From Octopus bimaculoides (Eukaryota), in assembly GCF_001194135.2 (NCBI RefSeq), contig NC_069003.1, positions 31,828,968 through 31,892,967 of the forward strand: a stretch of DNA of 64,000 bases, given 5' to 3'. This document shows positions 62,565-64,000 of this stretch, one piece after another. Position 1 is the first letter of the stretch. Each line of letters starts with the position of its first letter. A model generated the notes under the pieces. It saw only the letters and a program-made list of their open reading frames with translations, searched no databases and was not told where the DNA came from. The position numbers and the translations under genes are program-made.

Positions 62565-64000
62565 CTGGAAAAATAAATTTTGTCAAAAGACATTTCAATT
62601 ACAAGTTTTATCTTTCAACTTATTGTTCTTACTAAAGAACGGTCTGTAAACATTTCAAAATGGAAAAAAAAAAAACAATGCAAAATCAAAGACAACAGTG
62701 ATCAAGTTATAATTGTTTTGGTAAATTAATAATCGTCTCATTAACATAATAGATGCAGGCATGACTGTGTAGTAAGAAATTTCTGGGTTGAAACCCACCA
62801 CATGGAACCTTGGAAAAGTGTCTTCTACTATTACAGCTCCAAGCCAGCCAAAACCTTGTAATTGCATTTGGTAGACAGACAGAAACTGAAAGAAGCCTGT
62901 TATATATATATATATAACCATTAAATGGTGATGATGATGATGATGATCATGATGGTGGTGATGGTGGTGGGGGTGACTGTTCCCAGATTATTTATTTCTA
63001 GTTACCTTGTTAATATTCCCTGTTCTAAACACATTAATACTTACTCTCAATATTAGTCTGTCTGTCTGTCTATAGCTTACCTAGCCCTCTGCCTCACCAC
63101 ACAAATATTTCTAATTTATTTCATTTAATTCTCCCTGGAATAAATAACTTTAATACAAACTCACTCTGTCTGAATCTCTAAGTTAGTCGTCTGCCTGACT
63201 GCATATTTAATACTAGCTTACCTATTTCTAAACTACATAATTATTTCCAGTTAACCTTTTAAAACTCCCCTCCATTAACTATAATAACAACCACTTCACT
63301 TATCTGTCTTAACATAAATGATTTCTAGTTAACACATTTAATGCTCTCTGCACTGCATATGTTAACACTAACTTGTATCCAGAAATATTAACTCTTGCAA
63401 ATGATGATGTTATAATAGAAAATACGTTTGCTTATAAAAATTTTTTGTTTGTCATTTACAACCTCATTCATTTTCTTAAGCTATATAACATGATACTAAC
63501 ATATCAATTAATGTCCAAATAAAATCATGTAAACAGCTGAATATTCCTAATGAATTTATCAAATTAATTATGCCTTTCGATGCTATAATTTGAAGGCACA
63601 TAGCTCAGTGTGTAGTGTGTCAAGCTCACAATCATGAGATTGTGAGTTCAATTCCCGGACTGGACTGTGTGTTGTGTTCTTCAGCAAGATACTTTATTCC
63701 AAGTTGCTCCAGTTCACTCAGCTGTAGAAATTAGTTTCTATGTCACTAGTACCAAGCTGTATCGACCTTTGCTTTTCCCTTGGATAACATCGGTGGCATT
63801 AAGAAGGGGAGCTGGTATGTATAGGCGACTGTTGGTCTTCCATGAACAACCTTGCCCGGAATTGTGTCTTGGAGGGGAACTTTCTAGGTGCAATCCCATG
63901 GTCATTTGTGACCGAAGGGGGTCTTTACCCTTCACTAAATGTTATAGAATATGTTTTTACCTTTTGTATTTTACTTGTTACAGTTGTTTAATGGCTATAG

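Overview
AT-rich, microsatellite-dense animal genomic DNA with about 14 assembly gaps (N runs). The repeat landscape looks like an octopus genome; this is my recognition of the repeat families, not a database result. Almost all ORFs in the supplied track are microsatellite or N artefacts. The real coding content is one minus-strand spliced gene: 7 well-supported exons plus 1 probable 45-nt exon, all phase-compatible. They encode the linker and coiled-coil region of a TBC1D2/TBC1D2B-type Rab-GAP; the PH-domain and TBC-domain exons were not found in the window. The introns hold at least four tRNA- or RTE-related SINE families, MITEs, a DD37D (maT) Tc1/mariner relic, a Dong/R4-type fragment inserted in (AAT)n, RTE 3' fragments and an L1/Tx1-type ORF2 relic. 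The most notable signal is a cluster of five unrelated minimal type-I hammerhead-ribozyme-like motifs between 53.5 and 58.4 kb, with a further relic at 31.9 kb. One has a natural G3:C8 compensatory core, one sits in a tRNA-headed element, and two have long stem II extensions and bound a 601-nt non-coding interval. All ribozyme calls come from pairing the sequence by hand and are untested.
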